Origin: Gammaproteobacteria bacterium
GTDB lineage: Bacteria > Pseudomonadota > Gammaproteobacteria > UBA4575
Length of the DNA: 64,000 nucleotides
Reading direction: 5' to 3'
Assembly: GCA_965222615.1 (NCBI GenBank)
Contig: CBDCUI010000008.1
Span: forward strand, 704,001-768,000
The translations under genes and the position numbers were made by a program. Positions 24,905-34,500 of this stretch are shown here, in pieces. The notes under the pieces are model-generated. The model was not told the origin of the DNA. It did no database searches and saw nothing but the letters and a program-made list of their open reading frames with translations. Within the stretch, counting starts at the first letter, position 1, and the number at the start of each line of letters is the position of its first letter.

Positions 24905-25411
24905 ATGGCAACGAACGAACCAGCAAGAATATCAGACGGTCTAGAAGAGAGATTGGTGGCCGTCAATCGTGTTGCAAAAGTAGTAAAAGGTGGCCGTCAA
25001 TTTGGTTTTACTGCGCTTACGGTGGTTGGTGACGGTAATGGCAAAGTGGGAGTAGGTTACGGGAAAGCGCGTGAAGTCCCTTTGGCGATACAAAAAGCAA
25101 TGGAAAAAGCACGTAAAGAATTAAAGCATGTGCCACTTATAGACGGTACTTTATATTACCCGGTGATGGGTAGACATGGTGCAGCAAAAATATTTATGCA
25201 ACCTGCCTCTGTGGGAACCGGAATTATTGCTGGTGGCGCAATGCGTGCCGTATTTGAAGTAGTTGGTGTGAAAAACGTTTTATCAAAATGCATCGGGTCT
25301 AGAAACCCGATCAATGTAGTACAAGCGACCATTAATGCATTGAGTAATATGCAATCACCCGATTTAATTGCTGCGAAACGTGGCAAGACGGTTGAAGAAA
25401 TTATGTCGTGA
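24905..25411 (+). CDS. rpsE: 30S ribosomal protein S5
   Basis: [10 protein letters not shown] and GTGIIAGG motifs. Confidence 0.99.
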   Translation: MATNEPARISDGLEERLVAVNRVAKVVKGGRQFGFTALTVVGDGNGKVGVGYGKAREVPLAIQKAMEKARKELKHVPLIDGTLYYPVMGRHGAAKIFMQPASVGTGIIAGGAMRAVFEVVGVKNVLSKCIGSRNPINVVQATINALSNMQSPDLIAAKRGKTVEEIMS

Positions 25412-25425
25412 GTGAACTTCAGAAT

Positions 25426-25608
25426 ATGAGTAAGCAATTAAAAGTGACATTAGTGAAAAGCCTAAGTGGAAGACTTGCGGCCCATAAGGCATGTGCAAGA
25501 GGCTTGGGTATTCGTCGTATTCATAATCCGGTTATGGTTGTAGATACTCCTGAAAACCGCGGCATGATTAATAAGATTAGCTATATGCTAAAAGTTGAAG
25601 ACACATAA
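25426..25608 (+). CDS. rpmD: 50S ribosomal protein L30
   Basis: LKVTLVKS and DTPENRGMI motifs. Start at ATG 25426. Confidence 0.96.
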   Translation: MSKQLKVTLVKSLSGRLAAHKACARGLGIRRIHNPVMVVDTPENRGMINKISYMLKVEDT

Positions 25609-25751
25609 AGAACTTATCTCAAAATGAATCTTTTCCATTTATACAACGTTCTCGCTTTTCTTAAATGCTCATGTACTAGCGTGTACACTGCGCTTTTCGA
25701 AAAGCTCGGGCCTCGTCTAAATGTAAAATCTCCAATTTTGAGATAAGTTCT
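25609..25751 (+). repeat. Palindromic element copy 6 (divergent stems)
   Basis: Perfect 17-bp terminal inverted repeat AGAACTTATCTCAAAAT / ATTTTGAGATAAGTTCT. Conserved TACAACGTT, TGCTCA-TGTAC..GTACA-CTGCGC and GCCTCGTC. Directly follows the rpmD stop codon. Confidence 0.92.
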
Positions 25752-25771
25752 AATAATTTATTGTTATAACT

Positions 25772-26206
25772 ATGAACTTAAATAATCTAAAACCAGCAAC
25801 AGGAAGTCGCTCAACACGACGGCGTGTAGGTCGAGGTATGGGCTCTGGATACGGTAAGACGTGTGGTCGTGGTCATAAGGGTCAGCATTCACGTAGAGGT
25901 GGATACCACAAAGTTGGTTTTGAAGGTGGGCAAATGCCATTACAGAGACGTTTGCCTAAAGTAGGTTTTCGATCTCGTAAAGCTAGTCAAACTGCTGAGC
26001 TACGTCTACATGAATTAGCCATTGTTGATGAAGATATTGTCGATATTAATGCCCTCAAAGATGCCAAGCTGGTGCCGGAAACGGTTAAAAAAGTAAAAGT
26101 AATTCAATCTGGAAAAATAGAAACAGCCGTGAAGACCAAGGGCCTATCGTTTACGCCTGGCGCCAAAAAAGCCGTTGAAGCTGCCGGAGGAACAATAGAA
26201 GACTAA
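25772..26206 (+). CDS. rplO: 50S ribosomal protein L15
   Basis: [15 protein letters not shown] motif. Confidence 0.99.
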   Translation: MNLNNLKPATGSRSTRRRVGRGMGSGYGKTCGRGHKGQHSRRGGYHKVGFEGGQMPLQRRLPKVGFRSRKASQTAELRLHELAIVDEDIVDINALKDAKLVPETVKKVKVIQSGKIETAVKTKGLSFTPGAKKAVEAAGGTIED

Positions 26207-27549
26207 TGGCTCGTTCAAGTGCTAATGCTGTAGGTTCTCTCGCTGGGCTGGGTCAGGTCACTGAGCTGCGTAAACGTCTACTATTTGTATTAGTAGCGTT
26301 AATTGTGTACCGCATTGGTACTTTCATCCCAGTACCCGGTATTGATCCGGGGGCAATGGCACGTTTTTTTGAGCAACAAAGCAGCACGATCCTTGGTATG
26401 TTTAATATGTTTTCCGGGGGTGCGCTAGAACGGTTAAGTCTTATGGCGCTTGGTATTATGCCGTATATTTCTGCGTCGATTATTATGCAGTTGATGAGCG
26501 CTGTAATACCTTCTTTAAAAGAATTGAAGAAAGAAGGTGAAGCAGGCCGTCGTAAGATTACCCAATACACACGTTACGGAACCGTCTTTCTCGCAACCTT
26601 TCAAGCAATTGGTGTTTCAATTGCATTGCAAAATCAAGGCGTTGCGCTTAGCCCAGGAATTGGATTTATCTTTACCGCTACGATCAGTCTAGTAACGGGA
26701 ACCATGTTTTTGATGTGGCTGGGAGAGCAAATTACTGAACGTGGAATTGGCAACGGCATTTCAATTATTATCTTTGCTGGAATTGTGGCCGGGTTACCTT
26801 CTGCCATTGGCGGCACATTGGACTTAGTATCTCAAGGCGCCATGGGCGAAGGTTTTGCTATGTTGTTATTTATTGTTGCCATTGCGGTTACGGCATTTGT
26901 TATTTTTGTAGAAAGGGCACAACGACGCATTACTGTTAACTATGCAAGACGTCAACAGGGTAGAAAAATGTATGCCGCTCAATCTACTCACCTACCGCTT
27001 AAGTTAAACATGTCAGGTGTGATTCCACCTATTTTTGCTTCCAGTATTATTTTATTTCCAGCTACATTATTACAATGGTCTAGTAGTTCGACAGGTAGCT
27101 TTTCTTGGTTGCAAAATATTGCGACGGCAATTTCACCTGGGCAACCCTTATATGTCATGTTGTATGCCTTGGCGATTATATTCTTTTGTTTTTTCTATAC
27201 GGCGATCGTGTTTGATTCACGCGAAACAGCGGATAACTTAAAAAAGTCAGGTGCGTTTATTCCTGGAATTCGTCCTGGTGAGCAAACTGCGCGTTATATT
27301 GATTCTGTGCTTACTCGTCTCACCGCTGTGGGGGCAATTTATATTACATTGGTTTGTTTATTACCTGAGTTTTTGATTCTAAAATTTGGGGTGCCTTTTT
27401 ATTTTGGTGGTACTTCATTATTAATCATTGTTGTGGTGGTCATGGACTTCATGTCTCAGGTACAAGCGCATTTGATGTCACATCAGTATGAAGGCTTGAT
27501 GAAAAAAGCAAATTTGAAAGGATATGGGCGCTCAGGGTCAGTGCGCTAG
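26206..27549 (+). CDS. secY: Preprotein translocase subunit SecY
   Basis: [20 protein letters not shown] and FGGTSLLI motifs. Confidence 0.99.
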   Translation: MARSSANAVGSLAGLGQVTELRKRLLFVLVALIVYRIGTFIPVPGIDPGAMARFFEQQSSTILGMFNMFSGGALERLSLMALGIMPYISASIIMQLMSAVIPSLKELKKEGEAGRRKITQYTRYGTVFLATFQAIGVSIALQNQGVALSPGIGFIFTATISLVTGTMFLMWLGEQITERGIGNGISIIIFAGIVAGLPSAIGGTLDLVSQGAMGEGFAMLLFIVAIAVTAFVIFVERAQRRITVNYARRQQGRKMYAAQSTHLPLKLNMSGVIPPIFASSIILFPATLLQWSSSSTGSFSWLQNIATAISPGQPLYVMLYALAIIFFCFFYTAIVFDSRETADNLKKSGAFIPGIRPGEQTARYIDSVLTRLTAVGAIYITLVCLLPEFLILKFGVPFYFGGTSLLIIVVVVMDFMSQVQAHLMSHQYEGLMKKANLKGYGRSGSVR

Positions 27550-27561
27550 AGGAATGTAATC

Positions 27562-27675
27562 ATGAAAGTACGAGCATCCGTTAAAAAAATATGCAGAAAT
27601 TGTAAAGTGATTCGACGTAATCGTGTCGTGCGCGTTATTTGCAAAGATCCAAGACATAAGCAGCGCCAAGGATAA
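27562..27675 (+). CDS. rpmJ: 50S ribosomal protein L36 (not in ORF track)
   Basis: Manual translation gives [37 protein letters not shown], a zinc-ribbon-type L36. Confidence 0.98.
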   Translation: MKVRASVKKICRNCKVIRRNRVVRVICKDPRHKQRQG

Positions 27676-27710
27676 AATTAAATATGTATTCATCAATGAG
27701 GATTGTATAA

Positions 27711-28067
27711 GTGGCACGTATAGCTGGAATAAATGTACCGGTACATAAACATGCGGTGATTGCGTTGACTTCTATCTACGGAATTGGCAGATCTTCTTCG
27801 AAAAAGATATGTGAAGCTGCAGGGATTGTGCCAAGCACTAAGATTAAAGACTTGAGTGAAGAAGAAGTGGGTCGTTTACGTACTGAGGTTGGCAATTATC
27901 GTGTAGAAGGTGATTTGCGTCGCGAAATAACCGTGAATATAAAACGCCTTATGGATCTGGGTACCTACCGTGGTATTCGACATCGTCGTGGTTTGCCACT
28001 ACGGGGACAACGCACGCGTACGAATGCACGTACCCGCAAAGGTCCTCGCAGACCTATTAAACGTTAA
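27711..28067 (+). CDS. rpsM: 30S ribosomal protein S13
   Basis: [10 protein letters not shown] and [14 protein letters not shown] motifs. Confidence 0.99.
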   Translation: MARIAGINVPVHKHAVIALTSIYGIGRSSSKKICEAAGIVPSTKIKDLSEEEVGRLRTEVGNYRVEGDLRREITVNIKRLMDLGTYRGIRHRRGLPLRGQRTRTNARTRKGPRRPIKR

Positions 28068-28100
28068 GATAAAAGAGAAACTACAAAACTAGATTCAATT

Positions 28101-28490
28101 ATGGCAAAAGCAGCAACTCGAACCCGTAGAAAAGTAAAACGTACGGTTACCGATGGTGTGGCACATATCCACGCATCGTTTAACAATACCATTGTGACTA
28201 TAACCGACCGTCAGGGTAATGCCTTGTCATGGGCAACCTCAGGTGGTTCAGGATTTCGGGGTTCACGTAAAAGTACTCCTTTTGCTGCGCAAACTGCGGC
28301 AGAACGTGCGGGTCAAGCTGCTTTAGAATATGGGCTGAAAAACCTTGAGGTCAAAGTTAAGGGGCCTGGTCCAGGTCGTGAATCAGCTGTGCGTGCCTTA
28401 AATGCAGTTGGATATAAGATTACTAATATAAATGACGTTACCCCGATTCCACACAATGGTTGTCGTCCACCCAAGCGTCGAAGAGTATAG
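28101..28490 (+). CDS. rpsK: 30S ribosomal protein S11
   Basis: [14 protein letters not shown] motif. Confidence 0.99.
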   Translation: MAKAATRTRRKVKRTVTDGVAHIHASFNNTIVTITDRQGNALSWATSGGSGFRGSRKSTPFAAQTAAERAGQAALEYGLKNLEVKVKGPGPGRESAVRALNAVGYKITNINDVTPIPHNGCRPPKRRRV

Positions 28491-28510
28491 AGGCATAAGA
28501 GGATAAAACT

Positions 28511-29131
28511 ATGGCGCGATATCTAGGACCAAAATGTAAATTAAGTCGTCGTGAAGGCACTGATCTAATGTTAAAGGGTCGAGCTCGACCGCTAGATTCA
28601 AAATGTAAGATCGATAAACAACCTGGTCAACATGGCGACAAACGAGGTCGCGCATCGAACTATGGAATGCAATTACGTGAGAAGCAAAAATTGCGACGTA
28701 TTTATGGCGTTTTAGAGCGTCAATTTAGAAATTATTATAAAAAGGCTTCACTTATTAAAGGCTCTACTGGTGAAAATCTTTTAAAATTGCTTGAGTGTAG
28801 GTTAGATAATGTAGCCTATCGAATGGGCTTTGGGGTTACTCGTGCAGAGTGTCGTCAACTTGTCAGTCATAAGGCCGTCGAGGTAAATGGTATTGTGGTG
28901 AATATTCCTTCCTATCAAGTATCACCGGATGATGTAATTTCAATACGAGAAAAATCAAAAAAACAATTACGTATTCAAGATGCCCTGAATGCTGCGGAGC
29001 AAATCGGCTTGCCAGATTGGGTAGAAGTGGATGCTAAGAAAATGCAAGGCAAATTTAAATCCGTGCCCGAACGCGGTGATTTACCACCAGATATAAATGA
29101 ATCACTAGTTGTTGAGCTATATTCTAAGTAA
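28511..29131 (+). CDS. rpsD: 30S ribosomal protein S4
   Basis: [16 protein letters not shown] and LECRLDN motifs. Confidence 0.99.
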   Translation: MARYLGPKCKLSRREGTDLMLKGRARPLDSKCKIDKQPGQHGDKRGRASNYGMQLREKQKLRRIYGVLERQFRNYYKKASLIKGSTGENLLKLLECRLDNVAYRMGFGVTRAECRQLVSHKAVEVNGIVVNIPSYQVSPDDVISIREKSKKQLRIQDALNAAEQIGLPDWVEVDAKKMQGKFKSVPERGDLPPDINESLVVELYSK

Positions 29132-29156
29132 TAGGTATTTGTAAAAGAGGTTATCA

Positions 29157-30146
29157 ATGGTCGCAAATGAATTACTAAAACCTAGAGTCGTTGATGTTCA
29201 GTTAGCTGACGAATGTCATGCCAAAGTTGTGCTGGAGCCACTAGAACGTGGATTTGGGCATACCCTTGGCAATGCACTGCGTCGCATACTATTGTCATCC
29301 ATTCCTGGTTATGCGGTGGTGGAAGCACAGATTGACGGTGTATTACATGAGTACACTGCAATTGAAGGTGTACAAGAAGATGTCGTCGATATTTTGCTTA
29401 ATCTAAAAGGCATTGCAGTGGTTATGCACAATAAAACTGAAGCGATGCTGACTTTATATAAACAAGGTCCGGGTGTAGCCACAGCTGGCGATATAGAAAC
29501 AGACCATGATATTGAAATCATTAATAAAGATCATGTCATTGCACATTTAACTGAACAAGGCTCATTAAACATGACGTTAAAGATTGCCAAGGGTCGTGGC
29601 TATCAGCCTGCAGCGCAACGTCGCAATGAAGACGATCGCGCGATTGGTTCATTATTGTTAGACGCAAGTTTTAGTCCAGTGCGCCGTGTGGCGTATTCAG
29701 TTGAGAGTGCACGTGTAGAACAGCGTACCGACTTAGATAAATTAATTGTTGATTTAGAAACCAATGGCACGGTAGATCCTGAAGAAACCATTCGCAAAGC
29801 CGCAGGCGTTTTGCAACAACAACTATCTGTGTTTGTAGATCTGCAAGGTGATGAACAAGTCGAGCCCGATAAGACCGAAACCGAAATCGATCCTATCTTG
29901 GTACGACCTGTAGATGACCTAGAGCTTACTGTGCGTTCAGCGAACTGTTTGAAAGCAGAAAACATTTACTACATTGGTGATTTAATTCAACGAACCGAAG
30001 TGGAATTGCTCAAAACTCCAAATTTAGGTAAAAAGTCATTAACAGAAATTAAAGATGTTTTAGGTACGCATGGTTTATCATTAGGCATGCGCTTAGAGAA
30101 TTGGCCGCCAGCTAATTTACGCGAAGATCGCAAAGTAATTATTTAA
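29157..30146 (+). CDS. rpoA: RNA polymerase alpha subunit
   Basis: [18 protein letters not shown] and [12 protein letters not shown] motifs. Confidence 0.99.
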   Translation: MVANELLKPRVVDVQLADECHAKVVLEPLERGFGHTLGNALRRILLSSIPGYAVVEAQIDGVLHEYTAIEGVQEDVVDILLNLKGIAVVMHNKTEAMLTLYKQGPGVATAGDIETDHDIEIINKDHVIAHLTEQGSLNMTLKIAKGRGYQPAAQRRNEDDRAIGSLLLDASFSPVRRVAYSVESARVEQRTDLDKLIVDLETNGTVDPEETIRKAAGVLQQQLSVFVDLQGDEQVEPDKTETEIDPILVRPVDDLELTVRSANCLKAENIYYIGDLIQRTEVELLKTPNLGKKSLTEIKDVLGTHGLSLGMRLENWPPANLREDRKVII

Positions 30147-30170
30147 TTTGAATAAATATAGAGTAAGAAA

Positions 30171-30542
30171 ATGAGACACCGCCACTCAGGACGTCAATTA
30201 AACCGCAATAGCCCTCATCGCAAGGCGATGATGAGTAATATGGCGGCGTCCTTATTTTCCCATGAAGTGATTCGCACAACCTTGCCAAAGGCAAAAGAAT
30301 TACGACGCTATGCCGAGCCATTAATTACTTTGGCAAAAGAAGATAATGTAGCCAGACGTCGTCGCGCATTTTCCAAATTACGCGATAAGGCCAGTGTAGG
30401 CAAACTATTTTCTGAACTGGGGCCGCGTTATAAGGAACGCCCAGGAGGCTATTTGCGAATACTCAAATGTGGTTTTCGTTCAGGTGACAATGCCCCTATG
30501 GCATTAGTGGAACTAGTAGATCGACCTATCGAAGAAACCTAA
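30171..30542 (+). CDS. rplQ: 50S ribosomal protein L17
   Basis: [16 protein letters not shown] and GDNAPMA motifs. Confidence 0.99.
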   Translation: MRHRHSGRQLNRNSPHRKAMMSNMAASLFSHEVIRTTLPKAKELRRYAEPLITLAKEDNVARRRRAFSKLRDKASVGKLFSELGPRYKERPGGYLRILKCGFRSGDNAPMALVELVDRPIEET

Positions 30543-30563
30543 AAAAATTATTAGTAATGCATT

Positions 30564-30590
30564 AAAAGCCAGGGTTATCCTGGCTTTTTT
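30564..30590 (+). terminator. Rho-independent terminator after rplQ
   Basis: AAAAGCCAGG-GTTAT-CCTGGCTTTT followed by further Ts. Confidence 0.9.
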
Positions 30591-30631
30591 ATTTGTACAA
30601 TGCCAATTTCATTAAACTAATTAGTTTTGTA

Positions 30632-31363
30632 ATGAGGCCTATTGTTTTAGCCACAGATTATGGGTTATCAGGTTCTTATGTGGGTCAGCTTAAAGCTGCT
30701 ATTTATAAAATAGCCCCTAAAGCATTAATTATTGATCTAATTCACGACTTGCCTGCATTCAATCCCAAAGCATCGGCGTATTTGCTTGCCAGTTATTTAG
30801 AACATATTCCAGAAAATTCAATTGTAGTAGGTGTGGTGGATCCGGGTGTTGGTTCTACTCGCGAAGCTATCATTTTAGAAGGCGATGGTCTTATTTTTGT
30901 TGGACCTAATAATGGTTTATTTTCTATTGCGGCAAGAAACCTTTCTGAAGTTAAATTATCGGAAATTATTTTAAGCAAGGAGCCGGCATCAAAAACATTT
31001 CATGGTCGTGATATTTTTGCGCCTATTGCTGCACAAATAGTTGCAGAATCAAACGTCAATACTAAATCGTTCTCGATGCAAAAGTTAGTGGGCAGTGAAT
31101 GGCCAGATAATCTTTTAGAGGTGATCTACATTGATCATTATGGTAATGCGGTGACTGGGATAAATAAAAATCAAATTTCTACAAATCAAGTCATAACGGT
31201 TAATGACTATAAAATAAGTTATGCAAAAACATTTAGCTCAGTAGAAATAGGTGAATATTTTTGGTATGAAAATGCAAATGGTTTACTCGAAATTGCAGCG
31301 AGAGAACAATCAGTAGCAGAGGTATTGAATTTAAAAGTAGGAGATCAAATTGTTTCGTTTTAA
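30632..31363 (+). CDS. DUF62-family SAM hydroxide adenosyltransferase (chlorinase/fluorinase superfamily)
   Basis: TDYG, VVDPGVGS-x-R, TFHGRDIFAP and YIDHYGN motifs. Confidence 0.9.
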   Translation: MRPIVLATDYGLSGSYVGQLKAAIYKIAPKALIIDLIHDLPAFNPKASAYLLASYLEHIPENSIVVGVVDPGVGSTREAIILEGDGLIFVGPNNGLFSIAARNLSEVKLSEIILSKEPASKTFHGRDIFAPIAAQIVAESNVNTKSFSMQKLVGSEWPDNLLEVIYIDHYGNAVTGINKNQISTNQVITVNDYKISYAKTFSSVEIGEYFWYENANGLLEIAAREQSVAEVLNLKVGDQIVSF

Positions 31364-31400
31364 ATAATGTAACAACCACTCCAAATCAACATTGTTATAT

Positions 31401-31416
31401 TGTGAACGGGTTCACA
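31401..31416. promoter_or_regulatory. Candidate CRP/Vfr binding site
   Basis: TGTGA-ACGGGT-TCACA is an exact TGTGA-N6-TCACA core, about 135 bp upstream of the large secreted-protein gene. Confidence 0.6.
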
Positions 31417-31552
31417 TCAATAAATTTTATCGCAACTAGCCATTTTATAATTAAATCAATCAGTTAATTTAAATATAGAAAGAACACTCTACTGGAATAT
31501 TTGGGCTGTTCAAATACAATAAGTACATCTTAATTGGGGATTAGACAGCCAA

Positions 31553-34500
31553 ATGGCAAGGAAGCACCATTTTTTAATTAAACTCATATATATACTGTTA
31601 CTGTTCTGTATCAGTAATGTTTATGCAGTAGATACTCCTTTTTCAATTGACTTAGGTGCAGACGGGCATGACTTGGAGTTTGATAGTTCTCGTAATGTAA
31701 TATACGCAAGTGTCCCTTCTCTAAACCAAGTAGTAGTTATAGACGTTTCAACACTGCAACTACATAAAACTATCACTTTAAATGCACAACCACGGGGCTT
31801 AGATCTAAGTCTTGATGCAACGAAACTTTATATTGCTTTAAATGGAACTGGTTCAGTAGGTATTCTAGATCTCGCTACAGATGTTGTAACAGAAGTTGTA
31901 GTTAATCAATTAAACGATTTACGCACATGGGATGTAGAAGAAACTGAAGAAAATAGAATTTTTGTTTCAGCAAATCCTGGTAGTTTTGGATTGTCCTACA
32001 TAGTAGAAATTTTAGTTGATAGTTCCGGTAATTTAGTTAGTGAACAAAGAGTAGCAAATGGAAACGTAATTAGGTCGGGCCCTGTATTTGGTGTTAGTCC
32101 GGATAGTAATTTTCTATACATTGGTGATAGTGGAAATAGTTTGTTTAAGTTAGATTTGAACCAAGCTAGCTCTCCTATCGTTTTAGAAGATAGCTTCACT
32201 TTAACAGGAGTGGACAAAATTGACTTAAGCCCAGACGGTTCACGTTTACATACCACTAGAGGCGAGACTTTGCGTACAGACTTATTTGTGCATGCCAGTC
32301 GAAATCCAGAGCGTGGCTTGGTTGCTTATGGACAATCTCCTGACCAATATTTTTTGGCTGAAAGAAGTTCATTTGGATTTAATGGTATGACTAATATCAA
32401 TTACTATGATAGCCAAAAGTCTAATAAGTTAGGCTCATTTACTATTCCATGTTTAGCAGATGGGAATTCATTTGTAGATTTTTTGATTTTGTCTAATGAC
32501 AGTGTATTTCTTACTTTAAATGACAATTTAATATGTGGTGTAACGACTGACACTGTTACTAAAGATAGCGACAGCGATACGGTGCGAGATTTTGTCGATA
32601 ATTGTGAAAATATTGTTAATTCTGATCAATCTAATATTGATGGTGATGAATTTGGTGATGCTTGTGACTCTTTTCCGAACGATGCAAGTAATGGAGCGAT
32701 TAACGATCCTGATTCAAATCAGCTCATGTTTTCAGAAGCTGTTCAAGATATAATTTACGATAGTGCGCGAAATGTATTTTATGCAAGTATTCCCCTGCTA
32801 AATGAAATTGTTGTTGTTAATGCAAATACATTCCAGATTCAAAAACGAATTGTTGTGGGTTCATCTCCAAGGGGATTAAATTTAAGTATTGATAATTCAA
32901 AGTTATTAGTTGCTTTGTATGGAGCTACTGGATTTGCAATAGTAGATTTATTGGCAAATACAGTATCAGAAATAGTTGCGGAACAGTTAGGGGATTCACG
33001 AACATGGGACGTAATAGAAACAGATACAAATAGAATATTTGTTTCTGCTAGCCCAGGAAGCAATGGTTTTTCTTATATTGTAGAAGTAAAACTAGATGGC
33101 TCCGGAAATGTAATCAGCCAACAGCGTGTTGCCGATGGAAGAATTATTAGATCTGGTCCAACATTTGCTCTGAGTCCGGATGGAGATTTCCTCTACATTG
33201 GTGATGGGGATGGCTCTCTTTTAAAACTCGATCTAAATCAAGCCAATGTCCCTATAGTACTCGAGAATCCAAACATTATTGGTAATAACATCGATGAGGC
33301 TAATGATTTTGTTTTGAGTCCAGATGGTGTACGCATTCATACACCCAGGGGGCAAGTAATAAATACAGATACCTTTCTTATAGAATCACAGTTACCTGTG
33401 GGTCCAGTTACTTACAGTTTGTCAGGTGAGTATTTGTTAGTTGCAGAGTTATCAACTTTTTCTAATGAAAGTACACAAGTAAATGTATACAACAGCGGTG
33501 CTAGCCAACTAGTTGGTACTTTTATGTTTACTTGTACAGGCGATAGTAATTCATTTAGTAGTAATAATATCTTATCTATTACTGCTGATGATACGTTCGT
33601 GATTCTCAGTAATGCCCCAGTAAGTAATGGTGTTATATGTAGAACTACAAATAACATATTTGCGGATTCTGATAACGATTCAATTTTTGATATAAGTGAC
33701 AATTGCCCAAATATTGCTAATACGAATCAGTCAAATATAGATGGTGATATGTTTGGAGACATTTGTGACCCTTATCCAAATGATGCGAATAATGTTCCAA
33801 CTGCATTAGAATTATTTCCACTTGTCCCAGGTACAACTTTTAATTATTTGGTGAATTCTTCAGTTCAAGAAACTGAAACAATTTTGCCGCAGAGTTTATT
33901 TAATGGAGTACAAACTTTTGGAGTGCAGGATAATGAAGGTGATATTGAATACTATACAAACGATGTGAACGGACTGCTTGATTACGGTTCATTAGATACG
34001 GTGGATGGGTTTACTATTATTTCATCACCTCCGCTTAAGTTTTTAAATGCTCAACCTATATTGGGCCAGCAAATTAACCAATCTGGGACGTTAATTACTA
34101 ATGACCCTGTTATAGGCTCACTTTCTTATACGTACTCTTCGACTGTAATAGGGCTAGAAACAATTACAGTTCCATTAGGTACGTTTGAAGCTCTAAGAGT
34201 TGATTTCACACTTACTGCTTCAGGGATTGTATTTCTAACACAAACCAGCTCTCACTGGTATGCAAAAGATATTGGTTTAATACGTGATGAAACTACTACA
34301 GATGGTCTCCTTGAAGTTAGAGAATTAGTTTCTATCCAATCTCCACCACAAATCGTGACACCGGCGGAAGGCAGCACGTTACCGGGAAGTAGTGTGACGA
34401 TCACATGGAATGCGAATGGTGTAACTCCCCAGTTTTGGGCGGTGAATGCAGGCAGCAGTCCGGGTGCATCAAACTTAGCGGCATCAGGTGCGTTGGCGGG

